DNA of 60,148 nucleotides, the filler included, from Dimargaris cristalligena (Eukaryota), in the NCBI GenBank assembly GCA_003614675.1. It is 6 parts of 6 records of this genome, joined end to end, with 100 filler letters (N's around TTAATTAATTAA, not from the genome) between each part and the next. Parts side by side here need not be neighbours in the genome. Positions count along the whole stretch, not along the records: positions 50,233 to 60,148 come from ML003221.1; 5 more parts are not named here. One strand, 5' to 3'. Positions 59,281 to 60,148 of this stretch are shown here, piece after piece (position 1 is the first letter of the stretch; each line of letters opens with the position of its first letter). Below the pieces are notes generated by a model that made no database searches, had not been told where the DNA came from, and worked only from the letters and a program-made list of their open reading frames with translations. The position numbers and the translations under genes are program-made.

Positions 59281-60136
59281 CTGTTGCCCAGGTTTACCAC
59301 TCTTAGTTCATCAAGAGTCCTGGGGGTAGGCTTCTAATGGTAGGCAGGGCTTAGACTCAGCCAAGTGGGCTACTGGTATTAGGTATGGGGTACAGTACTA
59401 ACTAATAAAGGCTTATATGGTAGGATATGTAAGGGTCATGCAGTGGGCAAACTTACTGGTCAGTATAAGGGTGTGTGTATATATAGAGTTTATTGGAGTA
59501 AACTAGGGGGTGAATAAGTTAAGGAAAGCTAACTGGTCCCAATGGGGCCTGGTTATATATACACAGGGACAGTTCTAGAGGGAGGTCCAAGGGGAAAGAT
59601 ACTACTAAACTAAGGTATAGATAAATAGGCTGACTGGATAGTTATAAGTATCCAGAAGACTCAGATGGTAACTGGATGAGTCTTTGGATCAGCATTTGAG
59701 TGATTAGTAAAAAGAGGTGGAGTCTGGAAGGGGAAAGGTTATATGATAAGGATAATCCCATGGTACTGTAATGCCCCACCCAGGGGATCTGGGAGGGGTG
59801 GTGGTTTGCCTTCTGGGTTAAGAAAACCCGGGGTGAGACAGAAGTTGGCCCAAATATTTGTAAATTTAGGGATTCAGGCCAGGAGGGTGATGGCAACATC
59901 AAAGTTTCTTGTGGAGAGACCAATTAATTGCAACTGGAGTAAGATATATTACAAATTGTTAGTAATGTGGTAAGAGGATCAATGCTTACTACTATTTTAA
60001 ATATAGTTGTCACCCAAATTAACCACTCTTAGTCCATCAAGAGTCTCGGGGATAGGCTTCTAATGGTAGGCAGGGTATTGGGCATGGCCAAGCGGGCTAC
60101 TAGCATTAGGTAGGGCTGATACTAACTGAATAAAGC
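59281..60136. repeat. Diverged ~130-bp direct repeats (59281-59411 and 60007-60136) in CpG-depleted DNA; probable TE relic
   Basis: Shared ACCACTCTTAGT.CATCAAGAGTC...GG.TAGGCTTCTAATGGTAGGCAGGG...GCCAAG.GGGCTACT...ATTAGGTA; offset 726 nt. Confidence 0.7.
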
Positions 60137-60148
60137 AAGTGTCGCTAT

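Noticed and set aside
1-60148. CRISPR arrays, rRNA genes, prokaryotic operons or defence systems
   Set aside because: None seen; the sequence is eukaryotic with spliceosomal introns.

Overview
Eukaryotic (fungal) genomic DNA, not prokaryotic. The window is an artificial concatenation of six unrelated ~9.9-kb contigs in descending size (1-9967, 10068-20030, 20131-30080, 30181-40112, 40213-50132, 50233-60148), joined by 100-nt N44-TTAATTAATTAA-N44 spacers, so synteny holds only within a contig. Intron-poor genes with GT-AG introns, a CrgA-type RING-LON-CaaX protein and an RNF34/RFFL-type ligase suggest an early-diverging fungus such as Zoopagomycota or Mucoromycota (inference). Supported genes: an APH-like phosphotransferase; adjacent sphingolipid delta-8 and delta-4 desaturases; adjacent FYVE-SAP-RING and CrgA/LONRF E3 ligases; a divergent RNR1/G6PD pair; a GPI-anchored Pro/Ser/Thr-rich surface protein; two low-complexity ORFs. 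There is also a 146-bp TA-flanked MITE family (5 copies on 3 contigs) and CpG-depleted decayed repeat DNA at contig ends. Most interesting observations: a peroxisomal PTS1 (SKL/AKL-stop) in the +1 frame across the G6PD stop codon, and the clustering of two consecutive glucosylceramide-pathway desaturases.
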